A stretch of DNA of 62,064 bases, the filler included, from Rhabdomonas costata (lineage: Eukaryota): assembly GCA_019059605.1 (NCBI GenBank). It is 24 parts of 24 records of this genome, joined end to end, with 100 filler letters (N's around TTAATTAATTAA, not from the genome) between each part and the next. Parts side by side here need not be neighbours in the genome. Positions count along the whole stretch, not along the records: positions 1 to 2,493 come from JAHMHO010003165.1; positions 2,594 to 5,087 come from JAHMHO010003166.1; positions 5,188 to 7,680 come from JAHMHO010003167.1; positions 7,781 to 10,272 come from JAHMHO010003168.1; positions 10,373 to 12,864 come from JAHMHO010003169.1; 19 more parts are not named here. One strand, given 5' to 3'. The notes below the pieces were generated by a model that saw only the letters and a list, made by a program, of their open reading frames with translations, was not told where the DNA came from and did not search any database. The translations under genes and the position numbers were made by a program. Positions 1-10,978 of this stretch are shown in pieces (the stretch's first letter is position 1; each line of letters opens with the position of its first letter).

Positions 1-873
1 GTGGCTTTGTAATGCAGCAGGCGTGTTGACAACTCAGGCCTGCTCTGTTGGATTTATCGAATCGTATGCTGTGCGGAGTTTACAAATATTTAATGATTTT
101 TTGTGCGCGTGCGGAGGTGTCATTTTCTCCAACAATTTTTGCAGCCTGCCCCCACCGAACTCACCAGCCCTTCAACTGGAGGTTTGCCTTTCTCATCCAC
201 GATTCCTTTGTGTTCGTTTCGCCTTGTGTGCGTTTGGCCCGATGTAACTTTTGGTGGTGTAGCCATAGCTCTGTTGAGGTTATTGTTTTTTTTTGTTCGT
301 TTATCTTCATTCACAAACGAGGAATCCTCCTTACCGGCAACATGCCTCCTTTATCCCATAGACATTTACCCGTGGTTGGCGGAGAACGAACCCAACCCTG
401 CACGCCCGCTTGCTGGGGCGGAAAGAGCAAGCTTAAAGTCATTATCGTGTGCAGGGCTGCCACGTATGACTGTACGCCAAATTCGCACCTGCTGCAGTCC
501 GGGAGGCGGAAATCAGTGCTCTCCTCCGATTGGGCGGATTGTGGTTTTGCCCAGGGACGCTCTTTTGTGTAGGAATGCCCGGGACCAGAGCAGACTGAAG
601 ACAACCACTTGGTTACGTTCTCATGATGCAAAGTTCGGTTGAAGAAATTTGGAACCGCCATCCGTCCCCCCCCCCCCGCACACACTCACTCGCTCTCTTT
701 GCAAATTTGGAAAAGTTAAGTGCTTTCAAATATCGTTTCTCTCTCACACTGCTGCAGAATTCCGCCCGTTCTCGTGCAAGCTGTGCTACGTTCGGGTGGG
801 GGAATTTGTGGCTCCCCCACCCTCCTCCAAGAGCTCCTCCTCCTCCTCCTCCTCTGTTCTCCAACGGAATCAG

Positions 874-2114
874 GCGATGGCCTGTGCGGAGGAGCAGGGA
901 GAGGGTGAGGGCGAGCTCTCCGTCTGCGCTCCGCGAACCCTTTTGCTGACGGTATGTGACTGCATCGCATTTGACTTCGAGCTGCCCTGCTTCGTGGCTT
1001 GCTGCCTACAATGCGGATAGTGTGTTTGTTTTGGGTTGCATGGCGCTGCTGCTGAACGTGTCTACACACGTTCGTGAGGTTCTTTCGATCACAGTGATTT
1101 CGTTTGAGTTCCTCTTATTATTTTTTCCCTGCTAGCAGTAGGTTGCCATCATATGTGCACCAAGAATAGCGAAGACCCAAGGGATCAAATGTGCACCAAA
1201 AAGACCCAAGGAAATTTAGGACTAGTTTCCTTTTTTCTTTGACAACACCACCCCAGAAAAAGCTGAACAACAGCAGAGCTTCGTCGGGGTACCAAGCCTT
1301 CACAGTGAAAACGCAGGACTGTCAGTTGTTGAAAGACAGGTCGGTTTTTTCGACTTTTTTCGACTGTTTTAAAGTTTCCACACGGTGCTTCCATCAAGAA
1401 ATAAATGAACGAATGATGGTCTCCGTGACGACGACTGGCGTGACTAGCGTGGAGTTTTACCTTCGCTATCTCCTTTCTTCTTTTACAGTGGGGAAGCATG
1501 GAAATCACTTGGAGCACATCGGCCCTAAGCAGTGTTTGGGTATGCTGCAACCTACGTCCTCCTTTTTCTGTTCGCAGATTGTTGCTGTGCTTACTGATTT
1601 CACGCCTTTTCGGGTCTTTGCCATCCATTGCGTACTGCTCAGTACAGTTTCGCTACTTACTTTTCTGTTTGCCTTTGTTGTGCTTTGCCTTGGCTCTTGC
1701 GACAGTAATATGTCGACGGAATTTCGCAGTAACTTTTCCATTGTTTGTGGTGTGTTCTTGACATCAGAATGCCACCAAGTGTCGCATTTGTTTCTTTTGT
1801 GCCCTCCTCTCCTTGACAAGACTTGATTTTTTATGGCGTCACCGTCCTTTACGGAAAAAGGAGGAGTGCTGGCGGTGGCGGTGGTGTGTGTAATTGGGGG
1901 GGCAGCCGTGCCTTGAAGAAGAGGGCTGCAAGGGTGGCGTGCTGGTTCTTGGGTTCTGCTCGGCCGTGACGTGCAACCACAAGCTGCCTCAGAAGTGCTG
2001 GGACCTCACCGCGAAAGGTATGGTGTGTCTTTGTGTGTTCGTGTTGCTTTTCTCAAAGCGACGACTGCTCTTTCTCTCATGCTTCCAGGCCTCGAAAAGA
2101 TTTACGCACCGTGA
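874..2114 (+). CDS. 3' part of an unknown multi-exon protein (Cys-rich C-terminus)
   Basis: AG/GT-bounded exons 874-951, 1906-2017 (PCLEEEGCKGG...CNHKLPQKCWDLTAK) and 2089-2114 (GLEKIYAP*). The last junction is phase-compatible. No family recognised. Confidence 0.4.
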
Positions 2115-2493
2115 TCCGGATACTTACGTATCATTGATTTGTGATAAACGAGTAACTTTTCATCAGCGTTGCATATCTTGAAACGAAGAATAGCCGTGCT
2201 CCAGAACCCGGACTGTTTCCCTTCCCTTGTGTTCTTCTTATACTATTGTCCCTATAATCGCATTTCTTTCCTTTCTTTCCTTACCCCCTTCACTGAGTTC
2301 CTTATTCACCTCCTGAATCTCACATGCTGACTCTGGAACTCGCTTTTGGCCATGTCTGGCCGTCGAGTGTTAAGGTCGAGGGTTGGTGTGCAGCCCCTTC
2401 CCCAGGTGAGAAGAGACAAAACTCTTTCAGTGCGAAGATAGGGTGCAATTTATCACATAAGGTGCAGAGAACTTTTTGGTGAACACACACACC

Positions 2494-2593
2494 NNNNNNN
2501 NNNNNNNNNNNNNNNNNNNNNNNNNNNNNNNNNNNNNTTAATTAATTAANNNNNNNNNNNNNNNNNNNNNNNNNNNNNNNNNNNNNNNNNNNN
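2494..2593. other. Artificial contig-joining spacer (first of 23 identical spacers)
   Basis: 44 N + TTAATTAATTAA (stops in all six frames) + 44 N. It recurs at 5088, 7681, 10273, 12865, 15457, 18049, 20639, 23232, 25823, 28414, 31006, 33596, 36180, 38770, 41360, 43949, 46536, 49125, 51713, 54302, 56889 and 59477. Confidence 0.99.
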
Positions 2594-2720
2594 CACGCCA
2601 GAGTGCTTCTCGTCACACCAGATTGGCATCAGGAGTCTTGGAGGAAAACCATAGACGCTATCACAGTCAAGCGTCACGCCTGGACTAACCCACTGTACGT
2701 CTCCACTTCAGACTGTCTAC
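2594..2720 (+). repeat. 127-bp perfect direct repeat, copy 1 (copy 2 at 4957-5083)
   Basis: CACGCCAGAGTG...CAGACTGTCTAC is identical at both ends of the contig, 2363 bp apart. Confidence 0.97.
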
Positions 2721-4318
2721 GACCACCACACCGTTGGCACACTTTTTTATCTCTTGTTGACGGTGCGTTGTCTCAGAGCTTTTGATTTCTTTCTCTGTTG
2801 TTCAGCTGCCAGTTTTCATGCGACCTACCACCCAACTACTTCATCGGGCTGCATCTGCGCAACTCAGCGTACAATTCTTTCTCTTCTCTCGTGCGCAACT
2901 AAAGTTTTTCTTTTTAGCTTGGTTTCCTAACTACATTCGACAACCAATGACATCGGTCGATGGCAATCCTACCGCACTACCGGACTGGCAACATCTGTTG
3001 TGTCCACCGTGCTCACCTACCGCTTAGTGTAGTTAGCTTGACCTTGTTGTAGGAAACTCCAAATTGTTCTCCATTTACCCCCCAAAAACATAATCATCAC
3101 CACCCCCTTTCACACAATGCCAGCACCGCATTTCGCCAATATATACACACAAAAACTCAGCCTGTCACTGTTCACTCTTTTCTTGTTGCTATCAAGCAGC
3201 TTCTCTTCCATTCTTTGCCTATCATTGGACACGAGACCCCTGTCTTCCACACCAGCCAACTCATTCCCTACCAGTCACGGATCCTTGAACCTGTTGGTTT
3301 TCTACAGGAAGACGACGAAAAAGATGACGCTTACGGCAGTCCTTCTCTACCCGGACCGCAGCCGCCAATCTATGATCAACGGGTAGATTTACTTGCCCCC
3401 CCCGCAAGTTGAACAACGAACGGGACCGGCATTCTTCGAACCCAACAGTGGGCCAGCCTCGGATTCCACCGACTCAGCAACAAATTACCCTGAGCCGTCT
3501 GTCAGTGATCAATCCACTCCAGTGTGGGAGCGTTCAGCCCCGTTGTTACCAGCTAACGACTACTTAGACGAAGACCCCTTTGACTGCGCACGTGAATTAC
3601 GCAACCAAAAGCCCCTGAGTTCTGCAAGACCATTGTCTCTAACGACACCACCTGTTCCAGACGAACCTCCTGAGTTGCCTGCCTGGGACCATCCCGTACC
3701 TAACGCGCAACCAGTGTCACCACTAACGGAATCAGCACCCTTGCAACCTGTCGTTCCTGAGCCTCCAGGCCCACCACCTCCGGAGGATTTTCCTCCACCA
3801 ACGGATGAGGATGACGATTCAACACATTGGCACGAGTTGGACTCCACGTCTATCCAATGCACCACCACAAAAGAGGTCGCGGGTTGGATTCGCACGGTCG
3901 AGCCTCAACCGATGAAGAGGCCGCAGACGAGGCGTTTTCCTCTGCCATCCAGACCTCAATGGTTCCCGTACCAAGTCCTTACGCCTTGACTCACCTTCAA
4001 GTCTCATTAAATGCAGTCACTACCGATGCATCCGCCGATTCACCCCGCCCACCACCACCTCATCGTTTTAAGCAACAGCATTGCTGTTTTTCCTTGCCCA
4101 CTGGTTTGCTTCCACCGCCTCTAACGGAGCTTAGCGCTCAGCAAACAACGTGTCAGCGGACAACTGCAAAAGCGCATTGCCCCCTCGGTTAACCTACCTC
4201 ATTCCATTGCCTCTTTTCAGCCAGAAGAGGATGTCATGTTAGCACCACCTATTTTCCATGCTATCTGTCAAAATTTCTCCTTTGTTCCATAAGTTGACCT
4301 TTTCGCTTCTTCTGGGAC

Positions 4319-4868
4319 TGTCACTGTTGCAGCTCTGTCTGGGTAGTATGACAACTGATGCAGGAATCTTGACCGCCAGTTAAATCCCGTTCCGTCCAAC
4401 ACGTTCACTGCATCCCAATCCTTGAAGTACACTGCTGTGGCACATCGGGCCTCGTCTCGTGCAAACCAAACGCCAGCCTCGACCCATCTCGTGATCTCAC
4501 TGCAAACGCTATATCCCTCGTCATTCTCACTGTATACTGCGGAACTTTACCCCTTTCATGCCACTCTCCCAACCGGATGAAGTCCTCGAATTCAAATCCA
4601 GTTCCACGCACTCCGTGTTCCCGCAGGTACTCTAAAGTACTTCCTGTTTTTCAAATCTGTGCCACCGGGCGAAGCCCTTCACCTGTGCCTTCCCACCTCT
4701 CGTGTTGGATGTACTTCTTCGGTCCACCCTTGTAATCTCTCCCGTACCCTGAGTACTCGACATATTCCATGTCGATGAAGGCTGTCATCCTGGTGTTACT
4801 TAATGCTTGGAACTTCATGAAAAGCTTTTTCAGCGGCCGTTCACTTTCACGTTGCCTTTGAGCTCCCA
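4319..4868 (-). pseudogene. Tyrosine recombinase C-terminal fragment (DIRS/Crypton-like), decayed
   Basis: The minus strand gives RDYKGGPK...LRPVAQI*...LEYL, then FGLHETR and, after a frameshift, ARCATAVYFKDWDAVNVL...NWRSRFLHQLSYY. This follows the YR order K, CPV, HxxR, W, Y. Confidence 0.5.
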
Positions 4869-6601
4869 TTCTGGGACCCTGACGTCTGACGTCGCTCTTT
4901 ACGCTAACACCCCATGGTCACTCCTACCCCTTGTTTTGAATCACATCTGTCAAGATCACGCCAGAGTGCTTCTCGTCACACCAGATTGGCATCAGGAGTC
5001 TTGGAGGAAAACCATAGACGCTATCACAGTCAAGCGTCACGCCTGGACTAACCCACTGTACGTCTCCACTTCAGACTGTCTACAAAANNNNNNNNNNNNN
5101 NNNNNNNNNNNNNNNNNNNNNNNNNNNNNNNTTAATTAATTAANNNNNNNNNNNNNNNNNNNNNNNNNNNNNNNNNNNNNNNNNNNNGGGGGTTTGGTGG
5201 GGTGAGAGTGTCTCTTTTGGCATCTTTCAAGAACGGCCTTTTCCGCCCCCTACGGTTAATGTGAGTGGAGAGCCAAAGGAGACACTCTCACCCCACCAAA
5301 CCTGACGGAGAGGTGCCCAGTATCTGGAGAAGTGCGTCCGGAAGCAATAGGAGCTGAGGGCTGCACCCGGCGGATGCGAACAGGCCTTGCATTGCTGCAG
5401 CGCTAAAAAAAGAAAGTGAAGGGCCAATGACAAGGACGAGGCCGCCAGAAAATACCCACGAAACACGTGGTAAGATGAACGCCCGGGTTTTATGCCTCAC
5501 CGTTTAACAACGACAACGCATCAAAAACATCAAACGGAAAATGACCACCCCTCCAACAATAAAGCATCGCTCCAAAAAGACGGAAGCACAAATGACGTCT
5601 CCCTACCATGCACATACGCACAACCTCGCATGCCCCCCCCCCACTTCGCAATGCAACCATGACGGAGCACATGCAAACCTCGAAACACCCCAGACTTCCG
5701 AGGAGCAGAAAAAAGGCGGCGGCTTAGCAAATATAATTTGCGTGCTTCGAAAGAATGCACGCCAAAAAGAAAACCAGCAAAGTCATGGTGCATACAAAAC
5801 ACGCCAGACATTTACCTGGCGTTCCCAGATCAAAACCATCCTCGACTCTTCTTCGGTCACACAGGGGTGAAGGTGCAACAAAACTCGATGGGCACAGGGC
5901 TGGCTGCGGGAGTACCCGTCATGGCACCACAAGCACACAAATACAAGTCACAACAAACATTTGGCAGAGAAGACTGCAATCTGCAGAGAAGTATCTGCAA
6001 AAGAAAAAAACAGCGCAGGAAAAAGGAGGCATGCGGCTTATTTATTGGGAGGGAGGGAGGAAAAACATGACCTCGCTGGGGTCTGGCAAAGGACATCACA
6101 ATCCAGAAAGTCGACTATTTATGAAGCTGGATTAAGCCGCTCTTCAACAAACTGATGTAAATCTTAAGGTGAGAACAGCATAGGCCAAGCTCACGTGAAA
6201 ATGCAAACAGGTCACCCTCCCCTAACCCTGGTTGCCATTCACCATTCACCGACGCACTACTGAAAACTTCAAAAGGGATCCGGTGGGGGACGAGGCACAG
6301 TGCAGTACACATCCTTGCAGGCACCGCCCTTTCCGGACATACCAAAATTACCAACTCATCGTGTCTCATCGAGGATCGCCGAAGCGAAATGAGCACGAAA
6401 ATATCTCCTCTTTCTGTGGCACCAACGCTTGGGCTCAGGCTACCCAGAAGCCAGACGCAAGCACGTTCCGACAGGATCCGCACCCACCCACAAAAAGCAG
6501 TAGGGAAGGGGCGTGGCACAGTGCAGGCCCACCACGTCAGTATAACACAGGCGCATCTGCGCCAGCATTCAAGAAAAGTTTGCATAAAAAGAGAGGCTCG
6601 G

Positions 6602-7680
6602 TCACTCAATCTTCTTGCTCACCCGCCTGCGAGGGGAGGACTCCTTCTCGGTCTCCTGCTTCACAACTTTGGAGGTGTCCTCGGGCTTCTCGGGCTTGGC
6701 TTCGGTCTCCTTAGCCGCGGCGGGCTTCCCCGGGGGTTTGCCCAGGGCCGCGCTGTTGGCAGCAGCCAGGGTAGTGGAGAGGTAGTTCATCACCTCGATG
6801 GCGCCGTACGCCGCGGTGGTTGCCAGGCGGGCGGTGGTCCACCAGCTGGGCTTGAACCCGGGGCCCTCGCGGAGGGTGAGGTAGAGCACCGTGCAGGCAG
6901 CCGCCATGAGGGGCTTGTAGGGGTACTTGGCCTTCAGCATGGGCGGGGTCTGGAGGTGCCACTCCTGCTCGGTGACCGCGATGAGCTGGCCGACCAGCCC
7001 CCCAGCGCACCCTGACATCGCGCCGCACAGCAGGGCCACGAAGAACCGCCCCAACTCCGTCTTGTGGTCCGCGGCCAGGGCCCGCTCCACTCCGGACTCG
7101 ATGATGACCTAAGCGGAGAAGGGAAGGGGGATGGGGCGAAATTTTGGGGGGAAGCGCTACCTTGCGCAATTTTGCATTTTCCCCCTAATTTTGGGTTTTT
7201 GTATCATTTTTATGGCGTTTTAGGTCAAATTAGACTTGGGGGGCTGCCAAACTTCACAGGCGAGCAAGGGAGGGTAATGGTGCAAGCAGGAATTTCAGGG
7301 GGGAGAACTATGCCTTTGGATTGCAAAGAGCCGTCAGGCAAGGTGTGCCAGAAAGTTTCGGAATAATTCACCATTGTTATCATGGAGAGGATCCTTTTTA
7401 AATTGAAACTGGCTATATGAGGAACCGCGAGAGAGACCTTCGCCATGTGGGCGGAGTCCAGCGTGATCAGCAGCATCCGAAACGCCGGGGTCTTGGCCAG
7501 CCGGGCGAAGGCCCCGGGGATGATGTTGCGGGTCACAAACCACACCACCAGGTATGGCACCAGGTTCTCCGGCCGTACCAGAACCCCGGGGAGCTGGTTC
7601 AGCAGCAGCAGAGCCAGGCTGCTTCCCCCCAGTGAGAGCAGCAGCAGCGTGCACAGGGACTGCGCCCAGGGCTGGGTGCG
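6602..7680 (-). CDS. TRIC/TMEM38-like trimeric intracellular cation channel (5'-partial; exons 7680-7438, 7108-6602)
   Basis: GT-AG intron 7437-7109. The spliced product PWAQSLCTLLLLSLGGSSLALLLLNQLP...VWFVT...KVIIESGVERA...CGAMSGCAGGLV...EW...LKAKYPYK follows the two Gly-rich TM repeats and the LKxxYPxK segment of TRIC channels. It ends in a charged tail and TGA. Confidence 0.65.
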
Positions 7681-7989
7681 NNNNNNNNNNNNNNNNNNNN
7701 NNNNNNNNNNNNNNNNNNNNNNNNTTAATTAATTAANNNNNNNNNNNNNNNNNNNNNNNNNNNNNNNNNNNNNNNNNNNNGGTTTAGAGTATGAAATAGG
7801 TGAGACAAACCAAAAAGCCAGAAGACAGAGGCCAACATTGCAGATGCACCACTCGCTGATTCGGAGAAATCATCACTACCAATCGTGCTTTTTGACAGCT
7901 ATTAAGAGGACGCTGACTTCTCCAGAAGATCTCTAGACTAGAAGAACCGAAGCTAAAATCCAAGATAGGACGAAAGATGTCATCACGAC

Positions 7990-8740
7990 GTCTAGTTGAG
8001 ATGCAGATTGACATCGATAATATAGGCCACAAATCTGTGGTCCTACACTCTGCAAGGCAACAGTGCATAAGTGATTAAACGAAACAAAACGTTTGAGCAT
8101 CATTTCCAGACATTATGCCTACATTTCCACACTCGAGGCCTACCAATCAAAGAATAGACCTGTTGAAAGACTCCAAAGTTCTATATCAACGACTCTACCG
8201 CATTTCCACATTGGAAGGATACATTTGTGGAGGATGTAACCTTGAAAATCTGGAGTTTCTAACGCAGCTGATGGAACTAAAGGATCTTAGATTCATTGAA
8301 ACTACCGGATCAGGCATCATATTTGAACAAAAAGCTAACGTAAACTTATAATTTGTGTGATCAGAAGTGAGTGACAATGAGTGACTTCACCACCTCAGCA
8401 ACTGTAAGTGAGATGAGATGAGAGTGGGAGTGGGGGCTGATGGGTGTATGCAACCGTAACCATGATGCAGTACACTACTAAAGTTCCCCTACGCCTGATG
8501 TTGATGAGTGGGGGTTGTCTTGAAGTAGTGCCGTAAAAATGCGTGTGGGACAGACCGACAAGAGAGTGAAGTGAGTGAGTAATGCAGCTTGCGCCTCTAG
8601 TGGTGATGAGTGAAGATTGATTCCTATCACATGTAATTCCTACTCTGGATGGCTCCACTGCATTCATACCGCATGTGCCAAGATGCTGGTGGTATTTATT
8701 CTCCGGTTGTAAAGAGTGAGAGTTGATGGCTACGCTGATA
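7990..8740 (-). mobile_element. Possible decayed non-LTR (LINE) APE-endonuclease remnant
   Basis: Across frames, fragments appear in the right order: SVAINSHSL...K, GSFNE (GDFN-like), LPMW, and V*DHRFV (SDH-like). Many stops; no exon structure. Confidence 0.3.
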
Positions 8741-10726
8741 ACCTACGACTTTATACATCCAGAACCAAAACAGATGGAATGACTCAAAGTGGAGGCAGCA
8801 GCAGGCCTACAGTAAGAGAAGTAGAAGAGAAAGAAAAAGATGAGGAGAAAAATACAATAAGATAGAGGAAGAAGAGGCCATCAGTGGCGTAAGAGATAGA
8901 AAGATGCCCACACAACTCCGCATGACCTCCGCTGAGCTCCGGACCTGCTACTTACCACAGGCTCACGCTACCTGAAGTCAGAGAACCAAAAGACCTAATC
9001 TGAATAACGAAACCCACAAACACCGAACCCAGAAAGCAAACCCACAGCCCCGAACCAGAAGGCAAAAACCAAAATAAATACAGATACCTAACCTGCCAAT
9101 ACCTAATTCCATCGTACCCTATCATTGTCTGCGCATTTCCGAAATAATTCTAACTGCGTAGTGGAAAGGATAATCATCTCAATTTCATCTCAATACCTAA
9201 CAGTGTTTATTCTTCTTCGACAAACAAACCCTGCGCATGAACCCCGAACACAAAACTGAACCAGAATTCCAGAACACCAAGGCTAATTCAGAAACCGAAA
9301 TACAAAACACGACACAGAGAATTTCCACGCAGCCCCGAGTTTTGAACCCAAAGACAGAAGAACCCCGATGTAATACTGGATAGTGAATTACAATACTCTA
9401 AAGTGGGGCTCGCTTGAAAAATTCTTTTAAACACTATTCCCCATTCTTTATCTCTCAGCTTATCGTATTAGCTTCCAAAGGATGTCGTCACTGATGCTCA
9501 ATGTCGCCTAAGAGCCTGTTTCCAAAGCCGGTGCGCATCCCTGTGCCAATGGGACCCGCCATCATTGATAGCACGCGCGCCTCCACACTGGGGACAGCCC
9601 GTCACTGCGTCACAACCATCATGGCACTATGTCTGACCACAAGTTCCAGCGACAGTATTTGGGCCAGCCTGACCACCCAACCAAGTCAATATAACAGCAC
9701 ACCATTGTGCGGCCTCCCACATGATTTGTTCCCTCCACTTATTTCAATCCACTCTCGTGTTTCCTTCGTTTTCTCACGCGCATCTCTTATAATTGTTTTG
9801 GTGGTTCCTCTTTTAGAATGCGCTTTTTAACAGCACTCAGGTGTCAAACTCTTGAGCTGTATTTGCTTTTATTTTCCTTTATTTATTCTTCTCTCTATCT
9901 TCGTCTCCCTTTACAAACGGCAGCAAAAATAAACTGCCCCAAAGAATTTGAACCCATTTAATGCTATTTTCCCCTTGTTTTTTTTGATTCCGCAGGAAGT
10001 TCGGGAAACGTTAAAAGTCCTATTAATGTCAGAAACCGATTCCTCTCATTGCCCGAAAACACACACTCCCACAGCACATATTTTGTGACACATTTCACGT
10101 TGGTGAATGACCTTTCTGGCCATTCCACTTGACCATTGCTGCTGTCTTTTCCATAAACAACACCCTTTGTATTCTTCGTGATTTTCTTCATGCTTTTGGT
10201 GTTTCTATTAAATTTTCAATATCTTTTTCATCTACATACTCAAATTTTATTTGTCCTTTATTGCTATTTGTGNNNNNNNNNNNNNNNNNNNNNNNNNNNN
10301 NNNNNNNNNNNNNNNNTTAATTAATTAANNNNNNNNNNNNNNNNNNNNNNNNNNNNNNNNNNNNNNNNNNNNTGTTGTTGTGCCGTGGGCGGCTGGCCTG
10401 TGAGGTTCTTCAAATGCCTCAGGCTTCCTGACACACACACATGAGAATGGCGTCTGGGGAGTGGCCACGAAAGCCGAGATTGCATCTGCCGTGGGGTTGA
10501 TATCATGCGCCATGCGTGTTTTTGCCACACGCCAATTTTGTTTGTGTTTTGTTTGTATGCATAGAGGACGAAATAGATGAGTGCATTCCGCTTCCCAACG
10601 GCGAAAAACACCGCCTGTGCTCAAAAGGGAGCATGTAAAACACTTCCTTCCTGCACAAAGACCATCCGAGTGGCAGCAAAAAGAAAATAAATCGAGAGCC
10701 GTGAGGAAGCAAAGAGCAGCGCGAGC

Positions 10727-10978
10727 CTGCAGGGAGGAGTCCGTGAGGTCCTGCATCTTCAACATCAGGGAATTGCTCGTGCGCCACGAGGTCAACCACA
10801 GCGCCAGCGCGGGCACCGCGGCGAAGGCCACCAACACCAGTACATTCATTAGCTTCAGGGAAAACCTGCACCCCTGTTTGCCAGCCCCCCCGGCCGCTGC
10901 CGGGGCGGAGAGGTATGTGCGGACGGAGGCCAGGGGGTCGGTGGGTGTCGGAGAAGGAGGGTTGCCGCCGCTCTGCAT
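10727..10978 (-). CDS. First exon of a membrane protein (N-terminal TM helix; possibly receptor-type nucleotidyl cyclase-like)
   Basis: ATG at 10978. GC-rich codons encode MQSGG...SLKLMNVLVLVAFAAVPALALWLTSW...DSSLQ, and coding character ends at CAG|GC (10726). The family assignment is weak. Confidence 0.45.

Larger units (their letters stand above)
2594..5083 (+). mobile_element. Degenerate retroelement-derived unit with an integrase C-terminal motif, Pro-rich linker and DIRS-type (Dam-like) adenine methyltransferase
   Basis: HETPVFHTSQLIPY at 3230-3271 resembles the gypsy integrase tail HPVFHVSxLKPY. A Pro-rich ORF runs 3393-3989. EEDVMLAPPIFHAICQNFSFVP*VDLFAS (4224-4310) and YANTPWSLLPLVLNHICQDHARVLLVTPDW (from 4900) match the DLFAS...YANPPW...VLxxI...LVxPxW pattern of DIRS MT domains. 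Stops and frameshifts are present. Confidence 0.7.

Noticed and set aside
4290..4292. In-frame stops in the MT and YR fragments as a sign of stop-codon reassignment
   Set aside because: They co-occur with frameshifts in decayed elements. Host exons read here have no in-frame stops, and TGA ends normal genes.
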